A stretch of DNA of 64,000 nucleotides from Acidobacteriota bacterium (GTDB lineage: Bacteria; Acidobacteriota; Aminicenantia; Aminicenantales; Saccharicenantaceae). Positions 1 through 8,420 of the stretch are shown here, one piece after another. The notes under the pieces were generated by a model that saw only the letters and a list, made by a program, of their open reading frames with translations, was not told where the DNA came from and did no database searches. Position 1 is the stretch's first letter; every line of letters starts with the position of its first letter. The translations under genes were made by a program, and so were the position numbers. Location: contig JADBLN010000057.1 of NCBI GenBank assembly GCA_014894455.1, forward strand, positions 2,003-66,002, read 5' to 3'.

Positions 1-254
1 TCGACGTCCTGGCCACGACGACGTTCTCGGGCCAGCATGCGCCCTGGATCGACGGCCTGGTCATGCCCGTCGTCTGGAAGAAGCTCTACGGGAAGGGCCG
101 GGTTTTCTACACGTCGCTCGGCCACGTCGCGGCGGATTTCGACGTCCCCGAGGCCCGCGAGATCGTCCAGCGGGGGCTCCTCTGGGCGGCCCGGGTCATG
201 GGCGACGACCCGCCCAAGATGAACATCTACGCGCCGCTTCTCAAAAAGAAATAG
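1..254 (+). CDS. ThuA-like domain protein, 3' end only (5' part lies outside the window)
   Basis: The frame is open from base 3 to the stop at 252-254. The tail ...[20 protein letters not shown]... matches the conserved ThuA C-terminal block. GC3 is high. Confidence 0.7.
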   Translation, partial: DVLATTTFSGQHAPWIDGLVMPVVWKKLYGKGRVFYTSLGHVAADFDVPEAREIVQRGLLWAARVMGDDPPKMNIYAPLLKKK

Positions 255-273
255 GCGGTGACCGGTCGGAGGA

Positions 274-1881
274 TCAACGGGAAATCGTCGGCCTGCTTTT
301 GAGGAATTCGTCCCAGAGGTCGCGGCGGACGAAGAGCGCGAGGACGACTTCGGGACGCAGGCCGTAGAAGCTCTGTTGATACCGGTCGCCGAGCGCCGTC
401 CCGACCTTTTCGACGTTGGCGGCTGAGGCGATGACTACCGCCGCGTCGCCGGGGTCGCCCGCCGTCTCCGCGCTCGTCCAGTATCCCACCCTGCCGTACT
501 GTCTCAGATACCAGGGAAGGGGCCAGGTTTCCTCGGACGGGGCGATGACCTTGATCAACAGATCCTTTTTTTCCGGTGCGGCGGCGGCGATTTTCTCCAC
601 GGTCCCGACGAGCTTCAGGAAGTCCGGGATCGTCTGAGCGTAGGCATAAGGGTTGGCAGGGTCCGAGGGAGCGGTGAAATTGGCCCTGTAGGCCTGGACG
701 GCCAGATTGGCGAAACCCGGGACGAGCGCGGCCAGGATGAGGATTTTGACCGGGCGGAATCGGCTTATTCTCAGGAGGAGGCCGACGCCGTTTCCCGCCA
801 GAAGAACCAGGCCGAGGTAGAAAGGAAGGATATTCCACGGTGTTTTATAGGGAACCAGGCTGTACACCGCCGCCGTGACGACGGTGAAGAAGAGGACGAA
901 ACGGACGAAGCGGGGACTTCCGTCCTTCCCCGCGTCGTGTCCGAACGCGGCGATGCCCCCGGCCGCGGCGAGGAAGAGGAGGAAGGCCTCGCTCCAGACC
1001 GGGCCGCCGGCGGACTTGGCATAAGCCAGCGTCTGAAAATAATAATACCAGGGGTGAGCGTGGAAGCCGGGATGGCCGGCCCGGTTGAAAGACGCCCCTA
1101 TGGCCCGGACCGAATCGGCCAGTCCCTGCGGGTTTTGGAAGAACGAGGTGAAGAAGAGGAGGGCGGTCACGGCGCCGGCGGCCAGGAAGAGAGTGGCGTG
1201 CAGGGCTGTCCGAAGCTTTGCCGGGGCATTCCGCCCGCCTCGGGCGTTTCCGGCCGCGCCGGCCTCTTCCCCCCGGCGGGCGCGAGGCCTGTCCATGAGG
1301 AACACGAGCCCGAGCGCCGCGGCCAGACCGGCGAAGAGGATGACGCTCGTTTCCTTCGTGGCGTACATCAGGCCAGCCGAGACGCCGGCCGCGAGGGCCC
1401 ACCAGCCGGAGCGCGTTCGCGCGTATTTCCATCCGGCGGCGATGAGCCCGGCCAGGAAGAAGACGAGCAGGGTCTCCTGGATGTAGAACCGGCTGTAGTA
1501 GGTCATCGCCGGCGAGACGGCGGCCAGCGAGGCCGCCGCGAGCGACGCCTCGCGGGAGAGTCCGCCGGCGAGGAGAAGAAAGAGAAGAAGCAACCCCGCT
1601 CCGAAGAGGGCCGGGACGAGGCGGAGCGTCGTTTCGCTGAGCTCGGCCAGGGTTCTTTCGCCCGCCACCCGGGCCACGGGCAGCGTCAGGTAATAGAGGC
1701 TCGGCCCGTGGTGGTCGTTCGGGTCGAACCGGTATTCCCCCCGCTCGAGGAGGTCTCCGAACTTGACCGCCTGGTTGGCCTCGTCGTGGTGCATGGGCCG
1801 GACGTCCAGGCGGACGACACGGAAAAGGAGGGCGCCGAGGACGGCGCAGACAAAGAGCCCCCGAAAGACCTTATTCGTCAT
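274..1881 (-). CDS. TIGR03663-type polytopic glycosyltransferase (GT-C, ArnT/PMT-like)
   Basis: 535 aa with about 12 hydrophobic segments. The first loop carries the acidic motif RPMHHDEANQA typical of GT-C enzymes. The start overlaps the upstream stop by 4 nt (1878-1881). Confidence 0.75.
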   Translation of the reverse strand: MTNKVFRGLFVCAVLGALLFRVVRLDVRPMHHDEANQAVKFGDLLERGEYRFDPNDHHGPSLYYLTLPVARVAGERTLAELSETTLRLVPALFGAGLLLLFLLLAGGLSREASLAAASLAAVSPAMTYYSRFYIQETLLVFFLAGLIAAGWKYARTRSGWWALAAGVSAGLMYATKETSVILFAGLAAALGLVFLMDRPRARRGEEAGAAGNARGGRNAPAKLRTALHATLFLAAGAVTALLFFTSFFQNPQGLADSVRAIGASFNRAGHPGFHAHPWYYYFQTLAYAKSAGGPVWSEAFLLFLAAAGGIAAFGHDAGKDGSPRFVRFVLFFTVVTAAVYSLVPYKTPWNILPFYLGLVLLAGNGVGLLLRISRFRPVKILILAALVPGFANLAVQAYRANFTAPSDPANPYAYAQTIPDFLKLVGTVEKIAAAAPEKKDLLIKVIAPSEETWPLPWYLRQYGRVGYWTSAETAGDPGDAAVVIASAANVEKVGTALGDRYQQSFYGLRPEVVLALFVRRDLWDEFLKSRPTISR

Positions 1882-2555
1882 TTGGCCGGGATGCCGTAAA
1901 CCTCAACCTCCACGTAGTGGTTCATGTCGTTCGAGGTGTTGCCGCCGCTGGTGAGACGGACGTAGCGGGCCTTGACCCCCTTGGGGTCGAAGAGCTTGCC
2001 GTCGAAGGTTTCGATGTACTCCTTGTCCCTGCCGGCGCCGAGACCCGACGTGTTGTCGTGGTCGTTGTTGAAAACCGTCGTCACGCCGCTGATGAAGTCC
2101 TTGTCGTCGGAAACCTGGACGACGACGTCCCGGTAGACGCGGGCCTGGCTGTGGTAGTGCCAGGCGACGATGGCGTGGAGCTCCTGGGATTTCCCGAGGT
2201 CGATCTGGGCCCACTGGAGCATGGGCCCGAACTCGACGTAGTAGCCGTCCTCGCCGGACTTCTTGCCGTCCGTGACGAAGGCGATCTCGCCGATGACGGG
2301 CTCCTTGTCGCTCGCGGCGACCGGCTTTCCCGCGGAAAGGAGGACCGTGCCGACCGGGACCATGAAAGGTCCCCGGGGTTTCCCGGTGATCGTTTCGAGG
2401 TTGGGCGTGCGGATGTTCTTGGGCGTGCCGACGAACATCGGCTTGGGGAGCTGGAGCTTCAGGACCTCTTTTCCCTGGTCCTGTGCCGGGGCCGTGGGCG
2501 CGAGGAAGGCCAGGCCGAGGACGGCGGTCGATATCCAACCGAGGATCTTCTTCAT
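1878..2555 (-). CDS. secreted F5/8 type C (discoidin) domain protein
   Basis: 225 aa with signal peptide MKKILGWISTAVLGLAFLAPTAPAQ. The C-terminal beta-sandwich ends in ARYVRLTSGGNTSNDMNHYVEVEVYG, which is typical of discoidin/CBM32-like domains. Confidence 0.7.
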   Translation of the reverse strand: MKKILGWISTAVLGLAFLAPTAPAQDQGKEVLKLQLPKPMFVGTPKNIRTPNLETITGKPRGPFMVPVGTVLLSAGKPVAASDKEPVIGEIAFVTDGKKSGEDGYYVEFGPMLQWAQIDLGKSQELHAIVAWHYHSQARVYRDVVVQVSDDKDFISGVTTVFNNDHDNTSGLGAGRDKEYIETFDGKLFDPKGVKARYVRLTSGGNTSNDMNHYVEVEVYGIPAK

Positions 2556-2557
2556 CT

Positions 2558-3505
2558 CTATCTCCTTGTTCGGACGGGCCCATTTCCGGCGATCGCGCCC
2601 GCGTTGAATATTCTACACTTTTTCCGGGCGTTTATCACGAGCGCCCAGACCTCGGGATGACGGCCGCAGAGGGCCGCCACCCCGGCCGTCGCCATGGCCA
2701 TGAAAGCGGTCGAGAGCGCGTCGGCCGCGGCCGCGGATGGATGGGACGCCCAGGCGGCACGGTGCCCCCGGGCCGGGCGGCCCGTCCGCGGATCGACGAT
2801 GTGTTCACCCTTGACCTCGGTCCCGGAACCGCTCAGGGCGCGGTCCCGGAGAAAGACGCGGTCCGGGCCGGCCGACGTTCCCGCGATGGACCCGGCGCCG
2901 ACCGGCCAGCCCCGCCCGGATCCGCTTTTTCCCGGGCCCGGACCCGCGGCTAAGGCCGTGCTCGTGCCGGCATGGAGGAGGACGTTCCCGACCTCCCAAT
3001 CGCGGAGGACGGCCAGGGCGCCGTCCAGGGCGTACCCCTTGCCGACGGCTCCGAGGTCGAGCTCGAGCGGCGGGGTTTTCGCCTTCTCCTTGCAGGGGAG
3101 GCGCGCCACCTCGAACCCCTGACCGGTTTGGGCGACGCGGATGAGCGTGGCGAGCGCCGGGGGGGATGCTTTTATACGTCTTCCCGACGGCCGGCCGGAG
3201 GCCCGATAGTTGACGTCGAAAGCACCGTCCGTCTCCGCCTGGACGGCGGCCGCGATGCCCAGGACTTCGGCCGTCTCGATCCCGACGCGCAGGGACTCGC
3301 CCGGCCGGAGGCGCCCGATCCGGCTCGTCTCGCTCGACGGGTCGAAACGGCTGAAGAGCCTTTCGAGCCGGTCGACCTCGTCGAAGGCCGCCCGAGCCGC
3401 CTGCCCGGCGTAGGTCTCGTCCTTGCCGGCGATGAAGACCTCGAACACGGTCGACATCGCCTCGTGGGCGAACCGGTGAACGCGCTCTCCGGGTCGTAAG
3501 GACAT
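2558..3505 (-). CDS. apbE: FAD:protein FMN transferase (ApbE family)
   Basis: 315 aa from the ATG at 3505. The 589-aa track ORF is an upstream extension running into the neighbouring gene. ApbE hallmarks LDLGAVGKGYALD and EHIVDPRTGRPA are present. No signal peptide or lipobox is visible. Confidence 0.85.
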   Translation of the reverse strand: MSLRPGERVHRFAHEAMSTVFEVFIAGKDETYAGQAARAAFDEVDRLERLFSRFDPSSETSRIGRLRPGESLRVGIETAEVLGIAAAVQAETDGAFDVNYRASGRPSGRRIKASPPALATLIRVAQTGQGFEVARLPCKEKAKTPPLELDLGAVGKGYALDGALAVLRDWEVGNVLLHAGTSTALAAGPGPGKSGSGRGWPVGAGSIAGTSAGPDRVFLRDRALSGSGTEVKGEHIVDPRTGRPARGHRAAWASHPSAAAADALSTAFMAMATAGVAALCGRHPEVWALVINARKKCRIFNAGAIAGNGPVRTRR

Positions 3506-3516
3506 CTTGCGTGGAC

Positions 3517-6500
3517 CTATTTTGGGGATTTCGGACCGAGGGGGAGCTCCCGGACGCTGTCCGAAGGCGCCTTGATCCGGGCGGCGACGTCCTTTTCCCC
3601 GCGGATCTTCTCGTCCGTCAGATAGTGGACGTCGAGCAGGCCCTCGGAATGGAAGCCCGTCCGGAAATAGTTCATCTCGGCCAGGGACAGGCTCCAGCCC
3701 TGGAGCCACGTCTCGAGCTCCTTGCGCTGCCGCGCGCCGCCCAGGAAATGGACGATGAGCTTGATCGGGCTGTCCGGACTGACCTCCCCGGCCTCGGTTT
3801 CGTCGAGGAGATAGACGCCCCGCACGCCCCAGGGCTGGCCGCCGCAGTGGTAGGCGATCCGCTCGGCCATGCGCTGGCGCCAGCGGAAGTGATCTTCGTC
3901 CTCGCGGACGGCGGGCAGGCCCGTCGCGCAGGCGGTCCGTACGGTCGCCTCGGGGCTGGCGAAGAAGCCGACGGCGAGCTCCCGGTCGGCGTTCATGAGC
4001 ACCCGGAGGACCTTCCCGCCGGTCGCCTCGGGGACGTCGATGACCCGCAGGGCGTCGGTCAGCAGGGCGCATTCGGGGCAGAACTCGGCCAGCTTGTTCG
4101 GGGCCCGGAGCAGGAAGCCCTCGTTGAACTTCGCGCCGGGATCGTCCGGGTAGAGCGGCAGGTAGCGGATGCCCGATTCCACCAGGTCCTGAAAAAAATG
4201 CGTCCCGAACGAGACGTCGGGGACGTAGTTGCCCTTTTTCCGGGCGACCTCGATGAGCATGGCCGAGTTGTTGATCTCCGAATAGGTCACGCGCACGCCG
4301 AGCTTGATGTCGCCGCGGCTGCCCCACCGCCCCGGGCCCATGAGGATGAACTGGCGGCGCGGCAGGATCTTGTTGAGCTTGCCCACGGCCTGGCCGACGG
4401 CGACGAGGTCCGTGTAATCGGCGAGCTCCCCGTACTTGTCGGGGTCGACGTAGACGATGTGGGTGATGTCGGCGACGCGGCCGTTCGAGATGTATTTGTT
4501 GGCCGAGAAGAGAACGGACTCATCGGACAAGTTGGCCGGGATCTCCATGGCCACGTCCTCGGCGGCCTGGCTCTGCGGCCGGCACTGGAGGAGGTAGAAG
4601 TCCGTTCCCGTGGAAGCGAATTCGATGTCGACCGGGACGCCGAGCGCCGCGGACAGCGTCTTGAGGATGGCCTCGAGCTGGAGCATGAACGGCGTCCCGG
4701 AGATGAGGCCGTCGAACGTCACGACGGCGTCCGACTTGGCGATGTCCGTGGCCAGGCCCATGGGCCTCTGGAGAAGCCCGTCCCGGTAGACCGAGAAGAC
4801 CTTGGTCAGGGCCGGGAATTCGTGGCCGACCTCGCCGAGGAGCTCCTTGATGTCCTTGGTGACGAAGGTGTTCTCCTCGAGGTCGATGACGTCGATTTTC
4901 TTGGGCGAATAGCGGACGGCCTCGTCGACCGAGACGTTGACCCGCAGGTTCGGCTGGCCGGGGGAGACGAGGACGGGGTAGTCGTCGCTGACCCGGTCCA
5001 CGGCCCGCGTCCCGAGCCCGGGGACGAGCCGGAGCAGGCCGTCCTCGCGTTTGATCCGCGGCGACCAGCGGAACTCGTTCCGGCTGAAGGCGACGCCGGC
5101 GTAGGCCGGGAAGAAGTACTTGCCGGCCCGGGTGCCGACGACCTCCTGGATCATGATGCCCATTTCCTCGTAGAAGTCGAGGAGGCCGCGCTCGGCCCGG
5201 TACTGGATGGGGTCGGGGCTGAAGATCGAGGCATAGACCTCGGCCACGGCGTCGAGGAGGGCCTCGAGGCGCTGCTTTTTGTCGCCTTGGTTGGCCAGGA
5301 AGAGGCTCTTGTATTTCCCGGCGAAGGCCGTTCCCAGCCGGTCCTCGAGGAGGCTCGAACTGCGGACGATGAGCGGCACATCGCCGAAGTCGTCGAGGGC
5401 CACCGAAAGGCCCTTGACGACCTCAGGCGGGAAGGTCGAGTTCTTGAAGACCTGGACGAGATGGGGATATTCCTGGCGGATGACCTCGATGTCCTTGTAC
5501 TTCTGCTCGATGACGTCGTCGAGGTTGTTGTGGGTGGTGAAGGCGATCAACCCGTCAGACGTGATATACCACGTCTTGGGCTTCTTGACCGAGCCGATGA
5601 TCTTCGTCCGGCGCCCCGCCTGCTTGAGGATCCGGCTGGCCAGGAAGAGGCCGGCGCTCTTGCCGCCGAGCTTGCCGTGGCTGCCGGGCGGGAAGACGAT
5701 CCGCTCCATGAGGCCGAAGAAGTCCTCGAGGTCGACGTACTTCTTGGCGACGTTGATGAACTCGAGCTGTTCCGTGAAAAAGCGCCGGATGAGGGCGACG
5801 CGGACGCTGTTGGCCGTCGACCGGGGCAGTTGGATGCCCTCCGGCGCCAGGAGCTTGATCCGGCGCATGCTGTCGAGGACCTCGGCCAGGTCGGCGTAGA
5901 CGTTCTCCAGGCTGTTGACGGCCGAGCTCGAGCGGTCCTCGTTGATCCATTTTTGGATGCGGTCCAGGATGTCGTCGTCGGTCAAGTTGGCCGAAGCGAT
6001 CTTGAACGTCTCCTCGGTCAGCTCAAAGAAGCGGTCCATCGATTCCTTGTTCTGGGGCAGGTTCGAGTCGCCGAAGAGTCCGTTGGCCACCCGGTCCCCG
6101 CTGAAGCGCTGGAGGAGGTCGCGGGCTTCGGTGACGCCGCGCCAGCCGAGGTAGTTCATCATCTTGCGGGACACCCGGATGAGGAGGCTCGGATTGGTGT
6201 TGCGGAGGAGGTCCAGGGCGATGCGCCAGCCCCGCTTCCCCTCGGCCACGTCGCGGCGGCCGTCGTTCATCTGCTCGTACATGCCCCGCAGGCGCTGGTG
6301 GAGGATGAAGTGCCCCAGGCGCTCGGCGAGCGTTTGGATGAGCTTGGCCTCGCCCTTCATGAACGGGCCGCAGTCACTCTCGGGCGTCGGCTTTCGGTAG
6401 GAGACGCAGAGCCGGCCGACCGACGTGTCCTGAACCCGGATCTCGGCGCACTGGGTGTACGGGGTCTCTGCGAACTCGGGCGACTCGAAGACCTCTGAGC

Positions 6501-6705
6501 CGTAGCTGATCTGGGCCTGGCAGCATTCCGGGAACTGCCAGCCGGGCGGGATGGCCTCGATGACCTGACGGAAGACGTCTTCGAGGGGGACGTCGTAGAT
6601 GCTAAGGATCTCCTCGATGCGGTAGAGGCAGCTGAGCTCCTTGGCCCGTTCGTGGAGCGTGGAGAAGAGCGTGCTGACGGCCGTCGGGGTGTGCTGGTTG
6701 GTCAT
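3517..6705 (-). CDS. PEP/pyruvate-binding (PPDK_N ATP-grasp) multidomain protein
   Basis: 1062 aa. The central block KLGGKSAGLFLASRIL and its flanks resemble the PpsA/PPDK nucleotide-binding domain. The N-terminal ~140 aa form a Cys-containing sensor-like module (ELSCLYRIEEIL). The C-terminal ~200 aa resemble a degenerate nucleotidyltransferase fold (GVYLLDETEAGEVSPDSPIKLIVHF). No phosphohistidine swivel motif was seen. Confidence 0.75.
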   Translation of the reverse strand: MTNQHTPTAVSTLFSTLHERAKELSCLYRIEEILSIYDVPLEDVFRQVIEAIPPGWQFPECCQAQISYGSEVFESPEFAETPYTQCAEIRVQDTSVGRLCVSYRKPTPESDCGPFMKGEAKLIQTLAERLGHFILHQRLRGMYEQMNDGRRDVAEGKRGWRIALDLLRNTNPSLLIRVSRKMMNYLGWRGVTEARDLLQRFSGDRVANGLFGDSNLPQNKESMDRFFELTEETFKIASANLTDDDILDRIQKWINEDRSSSAVNSLENVYADLAEVLDSMRRIKLLAPEGIQLPRSTANSVRVALIRRFFTEQLEFINVAKKYVDLEDFFGLMERIVFPPGSHGKLGGKSAGLFLASRILKQAGRRTKIIGSVKKPKTWYITSDGLIAFTTHNNLDDVIEQKYKDIEVIRQEYPHLVQVFKNSTFPPEVVKGLSVALDDFGDVPLIVRSSSLLEDRLGTAFAGKYKSLFLANQGDKKQRLEALLDAVAEVYASIFSPDPIQYRAERGLLDFYEEMGIMIQEVVGTRAGKYFFPAYAGVAFSRNEFRWSPRIKREDGLLRLVPGLGTRAVDRVSDDYPVLVSPGQPNLRVNVSVDEAVRYSPKKIDVIDLEENTFVTKDIKELLGEVGHEFPALTKVFSVYRDGLLQRPMGLATDIAKSDAVVTFDGLISGTPFMLQLEAILKTLSAALGVPVDIEFASTGTDFYLLQCRPQSQAAEDVAMEIPANLSDESVLFSANKYISNGRVADITHIVYVDPDKYGELADYTDLVAVGQAVGKLNKILPRRQFILMGPGRWGSRGDIKLGVRVTYSEINNSAMLIEVARKKGNYVPDVSFGTHFFQDLVESGIRYLPLYPDDPGAKFNEGFLLRAPNKLAEFCPECALLTDALRVIDVPEATGGKVLRVLMNADRELAVGFFASPEATVRTACATGLPAVREDEDHFRWRQRMAERIAYHCGGQPWGVRGVYLLDETEAGEVSPDSPIKLIVHFLGGARQRKELETWLQGWSLSLAEMNYFRTGFHSEGLLDVHYLTDEKIRGEKDVAARIKAPSDSVRELPLGPKSPK

Positions 6706-6835
6706 GTCGCCGCGTCCCTCCTCGGCCGCCCGCGCGGCCCTCTCCTCGTCGGCCCGGGGGTTCCGGGCTAAAGAACGCCCGTCCCCCCCGGCGATCCGGG
6801 GGAGACGGCGCGTGATATCGCAGCGTCAGGCCCGC

Positions 6836-8122
6836 TCAGACCCAGCCGCGGTCCTTGCAAGCGTTGGCAACGCGGCTGACGGAAATGACATACGCGGCGT
6901 CGCGCATGTAGAGCTTGCGCGTCCGGGCCAACTCGCTCACGGCCTTGAAGGCCGAGGTCATTTTGTCGTCGAGCCGGCTCAGGACCTCTTCCTTGGTCCA
7001 GAAGTAGTTCATGTTGCACTGGACCTGCTCGAAATAGCTGCAGGTGACCCCGCCGGCGTTGGCCAGGAAATCGGGGATGACGAAGATGCCGCGGCTCTTG
7101 ATGACCACGTCGGCTTCGGGGGTGGTCGGCCCGTTGGCGCCTTCGGCCATGACCTTGACCCGGGGCGCGATCTTCTTCACGGTCTCGGCGTTGACCTGGT
7201 TTTCGAGGGCGCAGGGGAGGAGGATGTCGACGTCCTGCTCGATCCAGGCGTCGCCGGGGAGCCGTTCGTACTCGAGGGCCTCGGCCTTGGCCTTGTCGAT
7301 GCCGCCGAAGCGGTCGGTGATGGCCCTGAGCTCCTCCAGTCTGACACCGCTCTTTTTCCGATAGGTGTAGGAGGCCTGGTCGGCCTGGTCCCAACAGGCG
7401 ACCGCGATGACCTTGCCGCCGAGCCGGGTGTAGAGCTCGATGGCGTACTGGGCGACGTTGCCGAAGCCCTGGACCGAGGCGACCGTCGTCTCGATCTTGA
7501 TGCCCAGCTCCTTGAGCGCCTCGCGGACCGTGTAGATGAGGCTGTAGCCGGTGGCCTCGGTCCGGCCGAGAGAGCCGCCCATGCCCACGGGCTTGCCGGT
7601 GATGAAACCGGGGTACTTGGCGCCGCGGATCGTCTCGAACTCGTCCAGCATCCAGAGCATGTGCTGGGGGCTGGTCATGACGTCGGGCGCGGGGACGTCG
7701 CGGAGGTGGCCGATGTCCTGGGCGATGGCCCGGATCCAGCCGCGGCAGAGCCGTTCCTGCTCGCGCTGGCTGAGGTCATGCGGGTCGCAGATGACGCCGC
7801 CTTTGCCGCCGCCGAGCGGGATGTCGACGACGGCGCACTTCCAGGTCATCCACATGGACAGGGCCCGGACGGTGTCGATCGTCTCCTGGGGGTGGAAGCG
7901 GATGCCGCCCTTGCAGGGGCCGCGGGCGTCGTTGTGCTGGCAGCGGAAGCCGCGGAAAACGCGGACGCTGTTGTCGTCCATGCGGACGGGGATCGAGAAA
8001 TGGTACTCCCGCAGCGGCTGCCGCAGGAGGTCCCGGGTCGGTTGATCGAGCTCGAGAAGGTCAGCGACACTGTCGAACTGTTTCTGGGCCATCTCGAACG
8101 CATTGAACCCTTTGGTGGCCAT
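6836..8122 (-). CDS. gdhA: glutamate dehydrogenase (Glu/Leu/Phe/Val dehydrogenase family)
   Basis: 428 aa. The catalytic-Lys signature VVDIPLGGGKGGVICDP and the dinucleotide fold VQGFGNVAQY are present. Confidence 0.95.
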   Translation of the reverse strand: MATKGFNAFEMAQKQFDSVADLLELDQPTRDLLRQPLREYHFSIPVRMDDNSVRVFRGFRCQHNDARGPCKGGIRFHPQETIDTVRALSMWMTWKCAVVDIPLGGGKGGVICDPHDLSQREQERLCRGWIRAIAQDIGHLRDVPAPDVMTSPQHMLWMLDEFETIRGAKYPGFITGKPVGMGGSLGRTEATGYSLIYTVREALKELGIKIETTVASVQGFGNVAQYAIELYTRLGGKVIAVACWDQADQASYTYRKKSGVRLEELRAITDRFGGIDKAKAEALEYERLPGDAWIEQDVDILLPCALENQVNAETVKKIAPRVKVMAEGANGPTTPEADVVIKSRGIFVIPDFLANAGGVTCSYFEQVQCNMNYFWTKEEVLSRLDDKMTSAFKAVSELARTRKLYMRDAAYVISVSRVANACKDRGWV

Positions 8123-8295
8123 GAAAAAACTCCTTATGATACCGAAAAGATATATTGACGTGCTTCAAGAGAAAAACGATGAAGCCGCAATCAACCCATT
8201 CAACGCCCCGGTCTAAAGCCCGGAGTCTGCTCAGGGTTAATACTGAGCACCACCCACTCCGTATTTTTAAGTGGGTGGTGTCGAACGTATAAAAA

Positions 8296-8324
8296 ATGAT
8301 AGCTGAAGACAGGCAAAATATCAA
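8296..8324 (-). promoter_or_regulatory. sigma-70-like promoter for gdhA (TTGATA-N17-TATCAT)
   Basis: On the minus strand the -35 TTGATA lies at 8324-8319, followed by a 17-nt spacer and the -10 TATCAT at 8301-8296. It sits about 170 nt upstream of the gdhA ATG in an AT-rich spacer. Confidence 0.5.
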
Positions 8325-8420
8325 GTCCCGACGAAGGGGAAGCTGGGGGCGGGGCCGCCTCCGGATTGAAAAAAGCGGGGCTTCCGGCTAGGATAAGACG
8401 CGGTTTGGAAAGGAGGTCCC

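Noticed and set aside
2558-4327. Long N-terminal extensions in the track (ApbE to 4327, membrane protein to 14378, M48 to 24741, HEAT to 39451, HicB to 35166, HicA to 58010, MlaD from 62594)
   Set aside because: The extensions run into neighbouring genes and are Arg/Pro-rich. Internal ATGs have good SD sequences followed by signal peptides, lipoboxes or family N-termini, so the shorter starts were used.
3511-6498. 995-aa ORF on the + strand
   Set aside because: It lies entirely antisense to the 1062-aa PEP/pyruvate-binding gene, which has recognisable domains. Its translation is low-complexity D/E/G/R/A/V/L-rich with no motifs. This is a typical GC-driven shadow ORF.
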